A DNA stretch of 64,000 nucleotides from Eledone cirrhosa. Taxonomy: Eukaryota. Shown piece after piece: positions 40,258-53,927 of this stretch. Under the pieces are notes generated by a model. That model saw only the letters and a program-made list of their open reading frames with translations. It ran no database searches and was not told the DNA's origin. The first letter of the stretch is position 1. Each line of letters starts with the position of its first letter. Position numbers and translations under genes: made by a program. The stretch is taken from assembly GCA_964016885.1 (NCBI GenBank), contig OZ024742.1, forward strand, positions 72,106,001-72,170,000. Direction: 5' to 3'.

Positions 40258-40814
40258 TTAATATTTTTTTAAGGCAACGCTTGTAATAACTCTAGTTAAA
40301 CAGGATATATATTAATAATAAATTATCGTTGTAATGTAATTAGATTATGTAATTGTTATTATAAATTATCTTATAAATATTAGTGTAAGATGTATAAAAA
40401 TATTTTCAGACTTTTAATATAAACAACTACAAAAAACAATCAATATTAAATCAATATATTATACATAATAGAAAACATAAAATATACAATACAAAAACAA
40501 AATATTTACATACATTTGCAATTATCAGTGTATATACATTTTCTTTATATTCCCTGAGCAAATTAATAAGATTTGTTTTTATTGTACATAATTTGATGAC
40601 TTGTTGGAGTGTATTAAAAGATAGCAAACAATTTGTGATTAAATTGTTATCTTAAGCAACTCACTTTTTAATAGTTGTTGGCTGAGCGAAATTGTAAAAG
40701 CCTATGAGCAAATATAAGAAAAAATACACAAACAACATTTCCTTGTGTTATTACAACATTAGATAAAATAATTGAGCAATGTCGTTATATTTTGCTCTTA
40801 TTGCACATTAATAG

Positions 40815-40982
40815 TGTTTCTATTTTTCGGCACAAATCCATTACGGCAGTCCATTACTGGTACTTTATTTTATCGAATTAGTAAGTATGAAAGTCGAAGT
40901 TAACCTCGGCAGGATTTGAACTTAGAATGCAAAGGACCATAACAATACTGCAAAGCATGGTGTCTGACGCTCTACCAATACT
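40815..40982 (-). mobile_element. SINE (4890 family), diverged
   Basis: Sequence similarity to the other copies. Confidence 0.8.
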
Positions 40983-41372
40983 TGTGTTGAGCTGGTCATT
41001 AATTTATGGTGGTCGTGCGTGAAGTAGAGCAATCGCTAGTTGAAATATTATGAACAAAACATTTTTATTTGCCGAAGAACATATTTTCAATACTGTTTGT
41101 GAATGTGACGAAGGAAATACATTCTGATATGGAACAGTGTACAAAGTGTGTCTGTGAATAACATAATGTTACCTCATGTTGTTGTCAAGACATAATGGAT
41201 TTCGTTTATCCAGTTAGAAGATGAAACCTAGCCATCTCGGATTAGTTATATTTCATGCCATGTGTAAACGTGTTTGAGGATAGCAAAATATGCGCGTTAA
41301 TTATAATAATTAGTTAATAATATTACAAAATATACCTAATTAAACTCTTTGCTTGAAATTTTATCATTCTTC

Positions 41373-41471
<99 letters not shown>

Positions 41472-41695
41472 TCTAGTCCTTCGCTCAAGATTAATCTATA
41501 AGTTTAGATGTTTGCCTTCGTTTAAGTAAATATTACAGTAAGATTTTTAATATAAACAACTGCAAAAAACAATTAATATTAAAACGAAAAAATTATCAAT
41601 GATAAAAGAAGCGGATGCAACTTTTTTTTTTATAAAGTTATATTCCTGTTTCTTTAAAGAACATTTCATTTTTGTTCTATTGTAGGCGAAATAAT

Positions 41696-41881
41696 TGTTT
41701 CTACTTTAGGCACAAGGCCAGCAAATTACCCAGTACATTACTGGTACTTTATTTTATCGACCCCGTAAGGATGAAAGGCAAAGTTAACCTCGGCGGGATT
41801 TGAACTCAGACTGTAAAGGGACGTAACTATGCTAGAAAGCATGGCGTCCAACCCTCTACCGATACTGCCAATTCACCGCCC
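41696..41881 (-). mobile_element. Full-length SINE with 15 bp TSD
   Basis: tgtaggcgaaataat at 41681-41695 and 41882-41896. Confidence 0.92.
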
Positions 41882-43723
41882 TGTAGGCGAAATAATGCAA
41901 TGGTTTAATAGGGAAGATATAACTTACGAATTATGTCTCTAACCGTGTAACGCTTTTTAAGTAGATAACTACAATTGAAAATACTAAAGAAATGGAACCA
42001 ACAATTCAATTTGAAAGTCGTCTAGTGACAGTGTATTACTGGTACTTTATTTTATCGACCCCGTAACGATGAAAGGCAAAAATGCAAATGCTTAAAATTT
42101 AAATTGCCTTAATTCTATCGTCTGCTGTTTCATTAAAGGGAGATTATCGTCTGTATTTAATTCTATCGTCTACTGTTCCACTAAACAGATATACCTCCAC
42201 TATCGTCTCTATTTATACATTTTAACTTATAACTTATACACATTTGATTTGAAATATTTTATCTAGTCCCCCCTCTCAATATTATGATGATTTCTTTCGA
42301 ATGAAACAGTTCTAGTCCTGTAGAAGCCATTTATATATATAATTGAACTGAGTTAAAAATTCACAATATTTATAATTAAATAAGCTCATATATATATGTG
42401 TGTATTTATCTGTTTATTGTATTATATATAATGTGTGTATATACAGGATGTCCCCCAAAAATATATACACACTTCAACAGCATTCTAATAACTATTGCCT
42501 GTACAGGTAATCAAAGTGTCAATCGAATGTTAGTTTCGTGTTTTAACAGTACAAATTTACAATACACACATAAAACCAGTGTATATACATACATGAGTGT
42601 GTATACACATACATGAATGTGTATATACAATATATATGTATATATATATATAGACACATGTATTCACGGTGCAACGGTACATTAAAATATAGATGCGGGA
42701 GAGGGGGTGTATATATAGGGGCGCTGGGGATAAAGGAGTGTAAAGCGTGTGTAATTGATATATTGAAGGAGATGAGCGTGCAGCGATAGAGTAACAAATA
42801 TATAGAGAGGGGGAGAGATGGTATTGAAGGGGAGGAGTGCAAAGCGAAAGAGTAAGAGATATAAATAGAGACGGAACAGATAGAGAGAAACAGGCGTAAG
42901 TAACAGTGGAAGAGATATAGAGAGAGGTACTCTGATTGGTTGAAAATTAGCCAATGACATACGATCACCACCACGGCTATCCCCGAAAAATTTTTAAAGA
43001 AGCTAGGCATATATGTTAGAACACGAAAAGTGAACATTCTGTGTTTCACACTTTTCGTGTTCTAACAGATACATACACACACATATATATATATACACAT
43101 ACATATATATATACACACATACATATATATAGAGAGAGATATAAATATAGTACATAGTATAATTGAAGTGCATAATATATATAATATAAAATAAAATAAA
43201 ATAAAATAAAATAAAAATGAATTATATTACGATTTGGAAATATAATTACAAGCAATATAATTTAAATCAATATAATTTTTTTTAAAAATCAATATAATTA
43301 AAAAAAATTTTTTTAAATATAACTTCAAATCAATATAATCTTTAAAAAATCAATATAATTTTAAAAAATATTATAGAATATTTTAAGTTATAATTTTAAA
43401 ATAAGAATATGTTTAATAGATTCAGTATAAACATTTAAATTTTCTATATAATATTTAGTTCTCAGTATGTTTAACTTAATTTTATAGCCATAAGAAAAAG
43501 AAAGAGAAACTTTCAAAAGAGAAACTTTCAAAAATAGGAGAAACTTTCAAATAAAATATTTTCCCCTTTTAAGAGCTTTCAGTATGTTTCTCTAGAAGAA
43601 TTTTTTATTTTTATTTATATTTAGGAAAAAAAATGTTTAACTTGAGAGTTTAAGCAGTCAAATGAAGGAATCTAATGATTTATCGATAGGTTCAATATAT
43701 TAATAGAATTAATTAATTATATA

Positions 43724-46119
43724 TTACATTTTAAATTTATATTTAAACGTTGAGTTCAATCTATGTCTGCAGCAACTGAATAAATTGTTCCTTAGGTTCA
43801 GGGAATTTTTGGTCTTTAATATAAAGAATATTTCCTCTATACAAAGATCACAATTTTCTGAAGAGGAGTTAAAAGGAGTAGCTTTTGAAATAATATTCCA
43901 AAGCAACAAATATTTAACATTCTTTAATTTGAGGTCCCATAATAAACTAGATAGAGAAGTTGAAGATTTTTTGTTTAGATGTGTAATAGAATTTTTATGG
44001 TTATTGAAACGGGATTTAAAATCTGTGGAAGTAGATCCTACATAATTAAATGAATTTAAATTAGTTTTTACATTACAATTATATACTATATTTTTAGCTA
44101 AGCAATTGTTATTTAACGGACAGTTAGATTTATTTCTACAGTTACATTTATCAAATTGGATATTGCTGGGGTTATTAGTGGTATTTTGGTTAGGTTTTAA
44201 ATTTCTATTATTAATTCTATTAATATTTTGCGCTAAATTTTTGGTGTATGAATAAGTTAATTTTATAGTATGTCTATTAAAAATTGAGTAATATCTATGT
44301 GTTCTAGGGAAGCATTTGTCAAGAGCTTTATAGAATAGTTTAGTAATAGGGGTTTTAATATTTAATGAGAAAGGAGGAGCGAACCATAATATATTTCTAG
44401 TTCTATTTCTTTTTTTGTTTTCCGAATTATTGTAAGGTTTTTTATTATAGTTGTTAAAATTGTTAAAATTGTTAAGATTATGGTTAGTTGTTATATTATT
44501 ATTATCAATGTATTTAATTTTATTTCTATACCCAGCTCTACCTAACGCTTCGTTGTAATAATTGTTTCTACTTTAGGCACAAGGCCAGCAATTACCCAGT
44601 GCATTACTGGTACTTTCTTTTATCGACCCCGTAAGGATGAAAGGCAAAGTCAACCTCGGCGGGATTTGAACTCAGATCGTAAAGGGAGGTAACTATGGTG
44701 GAAAGCATGGCGTCCGACCCTCTACCGATACTGCCAATCCACTTCGTTGTAATAATGTGCTTTATCATCAAATATATTCTTATTAGCTGAAATTCTAGAA
44801 ATGCGTTGCTGTACAGAATTCACTATAGTATTTTTAACGGATCTGGGGTGATTAGAGTTAAAATTAACGTAGTTTAAGTTCTCGTTTAGTTTGTGAAATG
44901 GATAATGAAGACATGTGTTAAGGTTTAATGTTACATCTAGAAAGTTAACTATTTTATGGTTATTCTCTATTTCTACTTTTAGATTAAGGTAATTAAAGAA
45001 TTGTATAATTTCTTTTCTTTTCCTATTTAATTCACAGTTATTATTTTCGATAAGTAAAAGCATGTCGTCACGATATAAACCTCCGGTCATCTCAGGTAAT
45101 TTCCTATGTAGAGAATTATTTATAAAGAGGCCCACAAGATCCGTTACCTGAGCGGAATCGGATGATCCCATAGTTATATCAAAGTTATTATTTCTATCTG
45201 CTCTAGTCCAGAGTTGGTTATTAAATTCTATTAATGTTTTCCTTGCCGATAATATAATGTGCATTTCATTACTAGTTAAGTCTGTATGTTTAAATGCGTA
45301 TGTTAGTGCTTTATTAAGTAGATTAGGAGTGATGGATGAGTAATAATTTGCAATATCCAATTGAATAAACTTATTATTATAGTTATATTTAATTTCCTTA
45401 AACCAATCGATAACTTCACTAGTTCCTTTCCATAATTTTAAATAAGATAATTCCTTAATTTGTGGCATTATTCTGTCTAAAATATTCTTGCTAAGTCTGC
45501 CAAGGTCCGATTTAGATGGTGTAATTAATCTGACTGGTAAATCAGTTTCAAAGTTCCTTTTGTGATCCTTCATATTAATTTTAGGTTTCCTTGGCATGAA
45601 AGGTTGTGTCTTATTTTCAATGCCTAGTTCATGCATTATATAAGAGGCATCTGTATTCAATTTTTCAAGGTCGTCATTATTTGTTACTTTGTATTTCTTC
45701 CTTAGTTCCTTTAATATAAAATCGTTATAGATGTCCTTTTGTATTCCGTAAAGATTATTGGTTTTGTCTGACTTGACTAGAATTTTCTCCGTTTTCTCCA
45801 AGTTTTCAATATTATTTTTGATATTTTTTAAGTAATACTGGCCTTTGAAGTTGTTTTTGAATTTGATGCTTTGGATGATAGATATGATTTCATTTTCAAA
45901 ATCCATTAGTAGTTTGTTGGGGGGTGGATTTCTTTTAGATTTGAAGATTTTATCAAGATTGGAGACATTTTCATTTACATCAGATTTATCGAAGTGGGAA
46001 GCACGCCACCTGATTCTTCTTATAAAAGAGTCTGATTTTTCTATTAATTGTTTAATAAAGACTTTATTCTTAGGTAAAGGTATGTCCTTTAGAGAAGAAG
46101 AGATCTTAAAGAATTCCAT
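43724..46119 (-). mobile_element. Naiad-type PLE with a complete RT + GIY-YIG ORF interrupted only by a SINE
   Basis: KSDKT, LDIANYY, ITMGS, GLYRDD, NFLDV, WFAPPFS, CNCRNKSNCPLNNNCL, NIVY..YVGST, CCRHR; the frame is restored by deleting 44563-44756. Confidence 0.93.
44563..44741 (-). mobile_element. SINE inserted in the Naiad ORF, 15 bp TSD
   Basis: cttcgttgtaataat at 44548-44562 and 44742-44756. Confidence 0.95.
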
Positions 46120-46126
46120 TTTTCAG

Positions 46127-46159
<33 letters not shown>

Positions 46160-46167
<8 letters not shown>

Positions 46168-47025
46168 ATACTTGGGGAGGGTCATATTGTTGTAATAATA
46201 TTGACAGAATTAATAACAGAACACAATCACTGTCTGGTTGGTTTTCGCCTCTTTATCTTTTATATCAGTTAATTCATTCGGTCCTCAATGTTTACCATTG
46301 ACTGATATACATATATCAACGGTCAAAAATACAGATATAATATAGATATAAACACATATATATAGTCTAACAAAGTTCTTTCGTTGCACATCCATCTGCA
46401 ACATCGTCAGTGGTGCTATTATGTTCCTCCTGTTGTATTGTATATTTACGCCATCTTTATTTTATCTGTTTATTTATTTATTTATTTATTTTTGTCTTCT
46501 TCTCTGCGCATGCGTTTGCGTGTGTGTATAGTGTTTGGTGTGTGTTCGCATTTGGGTGACTGTTTTGGTTATTGTATTCTATCTTAGTTTACTAGTGTGT
46601 GCTTATATGTGTTTGTTGTCATTGTGCTTGTGTATATATATATTTATTTATTTATTTATTTATTTATATTTCTCTTAAGACAGTATTGTTATTCCATTCA
46701 TTTTTTTCTGTTTAGCTTTGGCCTTCTAAGTTCTATTTCACTTGCCTCTCTGATTTGCCTATCTGCTGGTCATTTCTATGTTTAGACATTATTTTAATTT
46801 CTATGTTACCGTCATGTTGTTGTCTGGCGTGTTCGTATAGTACTGAACCGTTTTTTTTTCGTCCTTTTAGTTCCTCCCAGTGTTGGTTTATCCTTTCACC
46901 TATGCTACGAGCTGTCTCGCCTATGTATGTTGTTGTCATGTTTCTGTAAGTACTCTCTGTACATCTTATGCTATAGACTACGTTTCTACTTTTACAGTTT
47001 ATCCGGGGGTTTACTTTACATATAA
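46160..47025 (-). mobile_element. PLE 3' part (GIY-YIG plus pLTR); continuation of 53923-55237
   Basis: ICKVNPRINCKSRNVVYSIRC...YIGETARSIGER; degenerate HHR CTGACGA-gttgca/tgcaac-GAAA at ~46368-46415. Confidence 0.85.
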
Positions 47026-47699
47026 AATGGCGACAAGGAAGGACATTTGACCACGTCTTGACCAAACAAAATATAATATTTTCACCAAAAACTGCCCTTT
47101 AAACACATGTCAAATGGATTACAATATTCAGTATTACAAATACTTTGACTGTTCCCTGACTACTAGTACCAGCTTCAACAATGAATTATTTTAACGAAGT
47201 ATATTTGATTTGATTTGATTTTCGCCAACAAACCACGTGTGGACATGGACGGGGGAAAAAATCACTATGTAGTGACCTACATTCCGCGGGCTCATATACA
47301 TTTTCCGTGCGTTATTTGGCTCAGCCCAGCCAATGACCGCCAGCGGAGGAGAATGTATCTCTACGCGCCCTGAGGGAAAAATTCATGTTAAAACTACATC
47401 CCTTAGGGATCGCAGTAAGTACTTCACAAAATCTATAAACAACAATATACACACATATTTATATACAGATACATACCACACGCATATACACACAAATAAA
47501 AAGAAACCACACTATTTCGTGTGAGACAATATACCGGCCAATCTTACGTACATTTGTAAAATCTTTCTGAACATTGACTTCGCTTCTAACCCACATACAC
47601 CTTTTAATTATATATATCTATAATAATTGTTTCTATATATATCTATAATAATAATATTATAAAGCTGAGTGTCGTGTGTATTATGTACGTATGTATCCT

Positions 47700-47899
47700 N
47701 NNNNNNNNNNNNNNNNNNNNNNNNNNNNNNNNNNNNNNNNNNNNNNNNNNNNNNNNNNNNNNNNNNNNNNNNNNNNNNNNNNNNNNNNNNNNNNNNNNNN
47801 NNNNNNNNNNNNNNNNNNNNNNNNNNNNNNNNNNNNNNNNNNNNNNNNNNNNNNNNNNNNNNNNNNNNNNNNNNNNNNNNNNNNNNNNNNNNNNNNNNN
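47700..47899. other. Assembly gap (200 N) next to a ~58 bp minisatellite (47900-48035)
   Basis: Run of n; repeated gtcgctcgcataagtaacacac. Confidence 0.98.
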
Positions 47900-48624
47900 G
47901 TCGCTCGCATAAGTAACACACACACACACACAAATACACATACTTTCTGTCGTCGCTCGCATAAGTAACACACACACACACACACACATACACATACTTT
48001 CTGTCGTCGCTCGCATAAGTAACACACACACACATACACACACACATAATATAACATCAAAACAAAACACACAGACACACACATACACAGACACAAACAC
48101 ACACACACACATATCTATACTTTATATGTATGATCATTCCCCCCTCTCTATAATTTAACTGCTTTACTCTCTCCGTCGCTCTTCACTCTCTATATGACAA
48201 CACTGTTTTAGTTTCCGTATCTCCTTTCAACATATACACATAGAGAGAAAGAAAGAGAAAAAGGGAGATTTAGAGAAAGATTAGGAAAACTACACACACA
48301 CATCTACAGAGAGAGACAGAAAAACAGAGGGGGGGGGAGAGAATAGGCCGTTAGACAGAGAGAGATATAATCAAAGTGTTAGTTATTCAGAGAGAGAGAG
48401 TTGGAAGGACAATCTGACACGGGAGAGTGTGTGGTATCTTTGCAGTGGATGGTGAGGGCAGGTATACCTAGCCGGACGCCAGCCGGACGGGTCAGCTAGT
48501 ATAATTATATATTCGTCTGCAGATCTTTTTGCATACACACACACATAATACATAGGAAAACAGAAACAGAAATACAAAAACAAAACATAAACAAACATTT
48601 ATCTCGTTAACAAATGTGCTAAAC

Positions 48625-49635
48625 TTACGCAGCATAGGTATGCGGCCTAGGCGTCCGGTCCCCGATCTCACTAGCTTTTCCGGCGTATCTTTCGTCGGTA
48701 ACCTCGTGCCGCGTCCTCGTCAGCAGGGTTCTTCAAAACACAACAGAACCCTCTGCGTTCAGAGAACGTGAGGCCGCCTGTGAGACGTGGTACCGGCTGG
48801 GACTTAGCCCAGTAGACGTCCCTCCTCCTTCTCCCCCTGTTGATGTCAAGTCCCCCCAACGCACTTGGGATGCCATCCAGTGCAGCCTGGCCTCAGACAG
48901 GCTCACGCGCCAGCTCAACCAGCACCGCCTTGCTTGTTTTCGTGCGGCCTCCAAACCCCACAGTGGTGCCTGTCTCCATGCTCTGCCCTCCTTCTCCACT
49001 GGCACGCAGCTAGACAACCATAGCCTGCGAATCGGCGTTTCCCTGAGGCTCGGCCTCCGGATCTGCCAACCACACCAATGTCGCTGCGGTTCCACCGTAG
49101 ACTCTTTCGGCCTCCACCCCCTTGCCGGCCGCATTCCACGCCATACTGCCCTCAACGAGGTCATTAAGCATGGCTTGGACGCTGCAGGCTTCCCTTCCCA
49201 GCTCGAGCCGGTGGGGCTGGATCGAGGGGACGGCAAAAGGCCAGATGGCATGACCATCTTCCCGTTCCGCGGTGGCAAACCCCTCGTCTTGTATGCCACT
49301 TGCACCGACACTTTCTGCAGCCGCAACCTGGTGCAGTCTGCGACTGACCCAGGTTCTGCTGCACGTCGGGATGAGGGGGCCAAACTCCTCAAATACCGGT
49401 CGCTGTCCGACAGGTTTGCGGTCGTTCCCTTGGCAGTGGAAACTTCTGGTGTCCTCGGCCCCAGGGCTACTTTCTTACTCACCACCATAGGCGCTGAGCT
49501 GGCCAGCCTCAGGTGTGAGCCCCGCGAGTTGGAGTGACTTTTCCAGTGCGTCTCCCTTGCCGTCCTCCGGGGAAACGCCTTCTCCATTCTGTCCGCCGGG
49601 GCTGTGGGTGGGCCCCATCGCGTACCAATACATTA
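48625..49635 (+). mobile_element. CRE-clade retrotransposon 3' fragment
   Basis: HQCRCG, DGKRPDGMT, VPLAVETSG, SLAVLRGN. Confidence 0.9.
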
Positions 49636-49739
49636 GTTAAATACCATTCTTTCATCTGATACAGCAATAAGATTTATTACATATCAACGAGAGAGTCTCT
49701 TACCTTATTTGTTTACATTTACATTTTGTTCTGCTGTAC

Positions 49740-52700
49740 GGATGGACAGACAGGACAAAATAACTATTGTGACATCCATGGATGAAGTGTGCAATAAAAC
49801 TGGGTGATGTTCCAAAATAGAACATTGCCCAGAAAATCACGTCTGTCATCTATGTACAGAACCAGAGAACTCCTTTCAAAATCGTTGGGTCGAATGTGGC
49901 AAATGTCGTGTCTCTGTTTGCCTTCAATGTGCCACAAACTTTCGAAAGATCCCGGGTCAGAAAATGAGACACCATACTTCTGTGATGAATGGGCTCTGGG
50001 AAATGGTCCAGCTAACAAATTGGTCCTTTTAGTACCTGGCTTGTATGTCTGCCTCTACCATTGCTGCTGAACAACAACAACAAAAACCGAAGATCGTGTC
50101 TTCCTCTACCATTGTTCCTGAACAACAGCAAAAACCAAAAAAACAAAAAGCCAACGACTGTAGCTTCTGCTACTACCCCCGTTGAAGGACTTCACCAACA
50201 ACAGCAACCCATGTCTTCCTCCCCCGTTACTTTTCAACAACAACAACCAATGATTGTGTCTTCCCCTAACATGCTTGTTGAAGGAGAAGAACAACAACAA
50301 AAATCGACCATCAATATGGAGTTTGAGGAAATACGGCAAATGATTTCCGCTTTAAGCCGAGAAATAGCGGGAATAAAATCAAGCATTCATGTAGAACCTC
50401 ACAATGAGGGATCTTACCAGAGTGCCTTGTTAAAATATCTCCGCGTACCTCTTGTCGAACCTAGACGCATTGAGAATGCCACTGAATCTGCAAACCACGA
50501 AGTGATTGCCATTGGTGTACCAGAAGACATAGTTGATCTTCAGACATTTGCTGCCAGTTCATCAAAAGACTTGGGTTGTGCTCCCCCGAAGGGTGCTCTA
50601 CACCTTGACCGACCAGGTCCGAAACCCAGGCTAATTAGACTGTCTTTTTCAAACTCAACTGAGGCACGTTCATACCTTGTAGCCTCTGATAAAGCTAGGC
50701 GTGAAAGTCGGATTGCCTTCCGAACATGCCCTGGTCTTCCACCTGATGTCCGCCCAAAGCTGTGTGCTGCAGCTTCCTTAAACCACAGCTCAGCAGAACA
50801 TGAAAGTTTCAGCCTACGTGATGCTGGGCAGATATGGAAGTTTGTTAAGGCTGGTGAAACATGGAATAGAAATACCAGCTGGTTTGAAAACACTGTACCC
50901 ATAACAACTGACAATAAAAAAAACGGAAAAAACTCTGGGAAACTAAATCAGAACGACCTGCCATCCCCTGCACATAATCATAGACAGGAATCAAAGTACA
51001 AATTGTTGTCCTTGAATGCACGTAGTCTATGCAATAAGATACATCTTTTTGACTCCTACGTCAAAATTATCAACCCTGACTTCATTACAGTCACGGAAAC
51101 TTGGGCACATTCCTTGCTCTGTGATGGGGTTTTCAGCATAACTGGCTACAACTTGTTTCGTAAAGACCGCATTAATCGTGGTGGTGGTAGTGGTGGTGGT
51201 GGTGGTGTAATGATCTACGTTGGTCAAATTTTTAAGTAATTCCTTGTGTTGTTTTGAACCAATCGCAGTAAGAAGTATTTTTCTGTGATATACGTATGGC
51301 CATGTCAACACTGCTACTTGGAGTCATTTACCGTCCCCCAAATTACCATCAGGACACTCAACTTTGTGATATCCTCAGAGTTGCTGCCAGGAAAACAGCC
51401 ACTTATGTTTTTATTGCAGAGGACTTCAATCACCCTGAGATTGACTGGGAAACCTTTCGTTGGCCGGCAAGTGCAAATGACTTCCTTGAGCTAGTGCTGG
51501 ACTCGAATTGGTCCCAAGTAGTCACCTCCCCAACAAGAGGTGACAACACTTTGGACCTACTCTTCACCACTACTCCTGAAACGGTTATTAGTATTACTGC
51601 TGAGGAACCTTTGGGTGACTCTGATCATGCTATGATCATTGCCAATCTATCCCTCATGGGCAGTAACAAAAACTACAACCATCTCCAAACTGCTCACTTT
51701 GACTGGAATAAAGCAGACTGGAACTGTTACTACACCGAGTTGCAACGGCCAAACTGGCTTGAGTTCTACGACTCTGGAGATGTCAACACTGTACTCCAGA
51801 ACATCCTGAGCTCAATATGGACAGCATGTGCAGCATCAGTGCCACGTAAGCAGAAAAAACATCCCAAAGGTGCAATTTGGGAGACTGCAGCAGTCCGTCT
51901 TGCCAGAAAAGAACCTTGTAATGCTGAACATGAGTACAAACTGCATAAATCAGATATCAATAGGAAGACGCGAAATAAATCATCCAACCGTCTCAAACAG
52001 GTGACAAAAAAGGCAGTGCTTCAATTTGAGCAGTGCATAGCAACCAGCCCTGACAGTGAGGTGTTCTGGAAGTATGTTCACTCAAAGCAGAGGCCTCACT
52101 CTCTAGTTGGTCCTCTTCACAATCCCCACACAAGCCAGGTTACTGACGACCCCAAGGAATGCGCAGAGCTCATTGCTAAATGCTATGCAGGCATTTACAC
52201 TATTGAAGACCAGAGTGTGCCACCTCCACCACCTATGACACCGGATTCTATTTCAACTATGGAATTTACACCTGCAATGCTGCGATGTCACCTTAAAAAT
52301 AAATGCAACCATGCTTCTCCTGGTCTTGATGGTGTTACGTACCTGTTTCTCAAACGTGGTGGGTACTTCCTTCTGCACCAGCTATCACACTTCTTCCAAT
52401 TCAGTCTGAACAACGGTGCTACTCCAGAACAGTGGAAAACTGCCAGTGTCATTCCTCTGTTCAAAAAGGGTGACCGCACATCAGCTATGAACTATCGTCC
52501 AGTCAGTCTTACTAGCTGCATTGCCAAACTGATGGAATCCTGTGTCAGAGAAACACTTTGGAACTTCTGGAACTCTCACAGTCTTATCCGGCCCTCGCAA
52601 TTTGGATTTATCCCTAACTCCAGCTGCTGTGATCAACTTATCGAGTTTCTTGAAGACATCACCCAGATCACTGATGGTGGCTCATGGATGGATGTTGTTT

Positions 52701-53893
52701 ACCTTGACTTTGCTAAAGCTTTCAATTCTGTGCCACACAAAAGGCTTATGGCAAAACTCTCTGCAACGGGTATGAAGGATGATCTTTTTAACTGGTTGAA
52801 GTCCTTCATTCTCAGTCGAAGAGAGATAGTCACGGTTCTAGGACAGCATTCCTCACCATATGAGATGTCATCTGGTGTACCACAGGGATCTGTTCTTGGT
52901 CCCCTTTTGTTTGTGGCATATATTAATGACATAGATGCCAACTTAAAGAAGTTGGCATCAGTACTGAAATATGCAGATGATATCAAGCTGTACCTTGAGA
53001 TAAAAAGGACAGATCCTGAACACTATAGATCTTGCCTGCAATCTGACCTGGACACAATGCAACAATGGATCACAGACTGGCAACTCAAGCTAGCTGTGGA
53101 CAAGTTCACCACCATGCATTTTAGGAGTAAAAACCAGCGTCCACAACACTAATATCAAGAAGTCTTCTTGTGAACGTGACCTGGGCATTACAGTCAGCAG
53201 CAATTTGCATTGGACAAAGCACGTCTCTAAAATTGTCAAGAAGGCTGAGGGTCTCTTAGCATCACTCAGCAAGACCTTTGTTAGCCGCTCTCCAGCTATC
53301 TATTTAAAGCTGTACATAGCTATGGTGCGGCCACACTTAGAATCACCAGTCTGGAACCCCTATCTTGCTCAGAACATTGACCACCTGGAAACTGTTCAGA
53401 GACGTGCAACCAAGCGAATACCCTCCATCAGGCATCTACCATACTCTGAACGCCTTGCTTCCCTGGGCATGGATACATTGAAGCTCCGACGCCTGGCAAC
53501 TGACTTGGTAAACACCCACAAAATTACTAACCATCTTGCCAACAACAACCCTGAGTACCTTTTTGATTTCCATGTCTAACACATGTGGGTTTGCCCACAA
53601 AGTCAGAAAACAGCACAGTTCCCATGACGTTCGGAAACATTTTTTCACGCTCAGAGTTGCTGAAGCATGGAACAAACTACCTGCATCAGTTGTTAGCTGT
53701 CGAAACACTGCATCTTTTAAAACCTCCATGCTTCCTCAGATTCGCCAACACTACACCTAATATTCCCCCTCCATACACATACACACATGTATATTATGAC
53801 TCATACACTATTCACTTTCCTGACATTTGTATATTATTCTATGCATGCACCTTTGACGAGTTGTAGTGCACCTGAGCACTTTACACAATAATT

Positions 53894-53922
<29 letters not shown>
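49740..53922 (+). mobile_element. Near full-length CR1-clade LINE (PHD-finger ORF1, APE, RT), (ATT)n tail, disrupted
   Basis: CHLC..WVECGKC..VCLQC..YFCDE (PHD-like, ~49830-49990); LNARSL, VTETW, SDH, YRPVSLTS, LDFAKAF, GVPQGSVLGP, YADD; the 5' boundary may lie further upstream. Confidence 0.92.

Positions 53923-53927
<5 letters not shown>

Noticed and set aside
42920-42960. Paired CCAAT boxes suggesting a promoter
   Set aside because: No linked exon or gene; short motifs alone are insufficient.
48733-49587. 284 aa minus-strand ORF
   Set aside because: Antisense shadow of the GC-rich CRE coding region; likewise for ORFs opposite the L1, RTE and CR1 copies.
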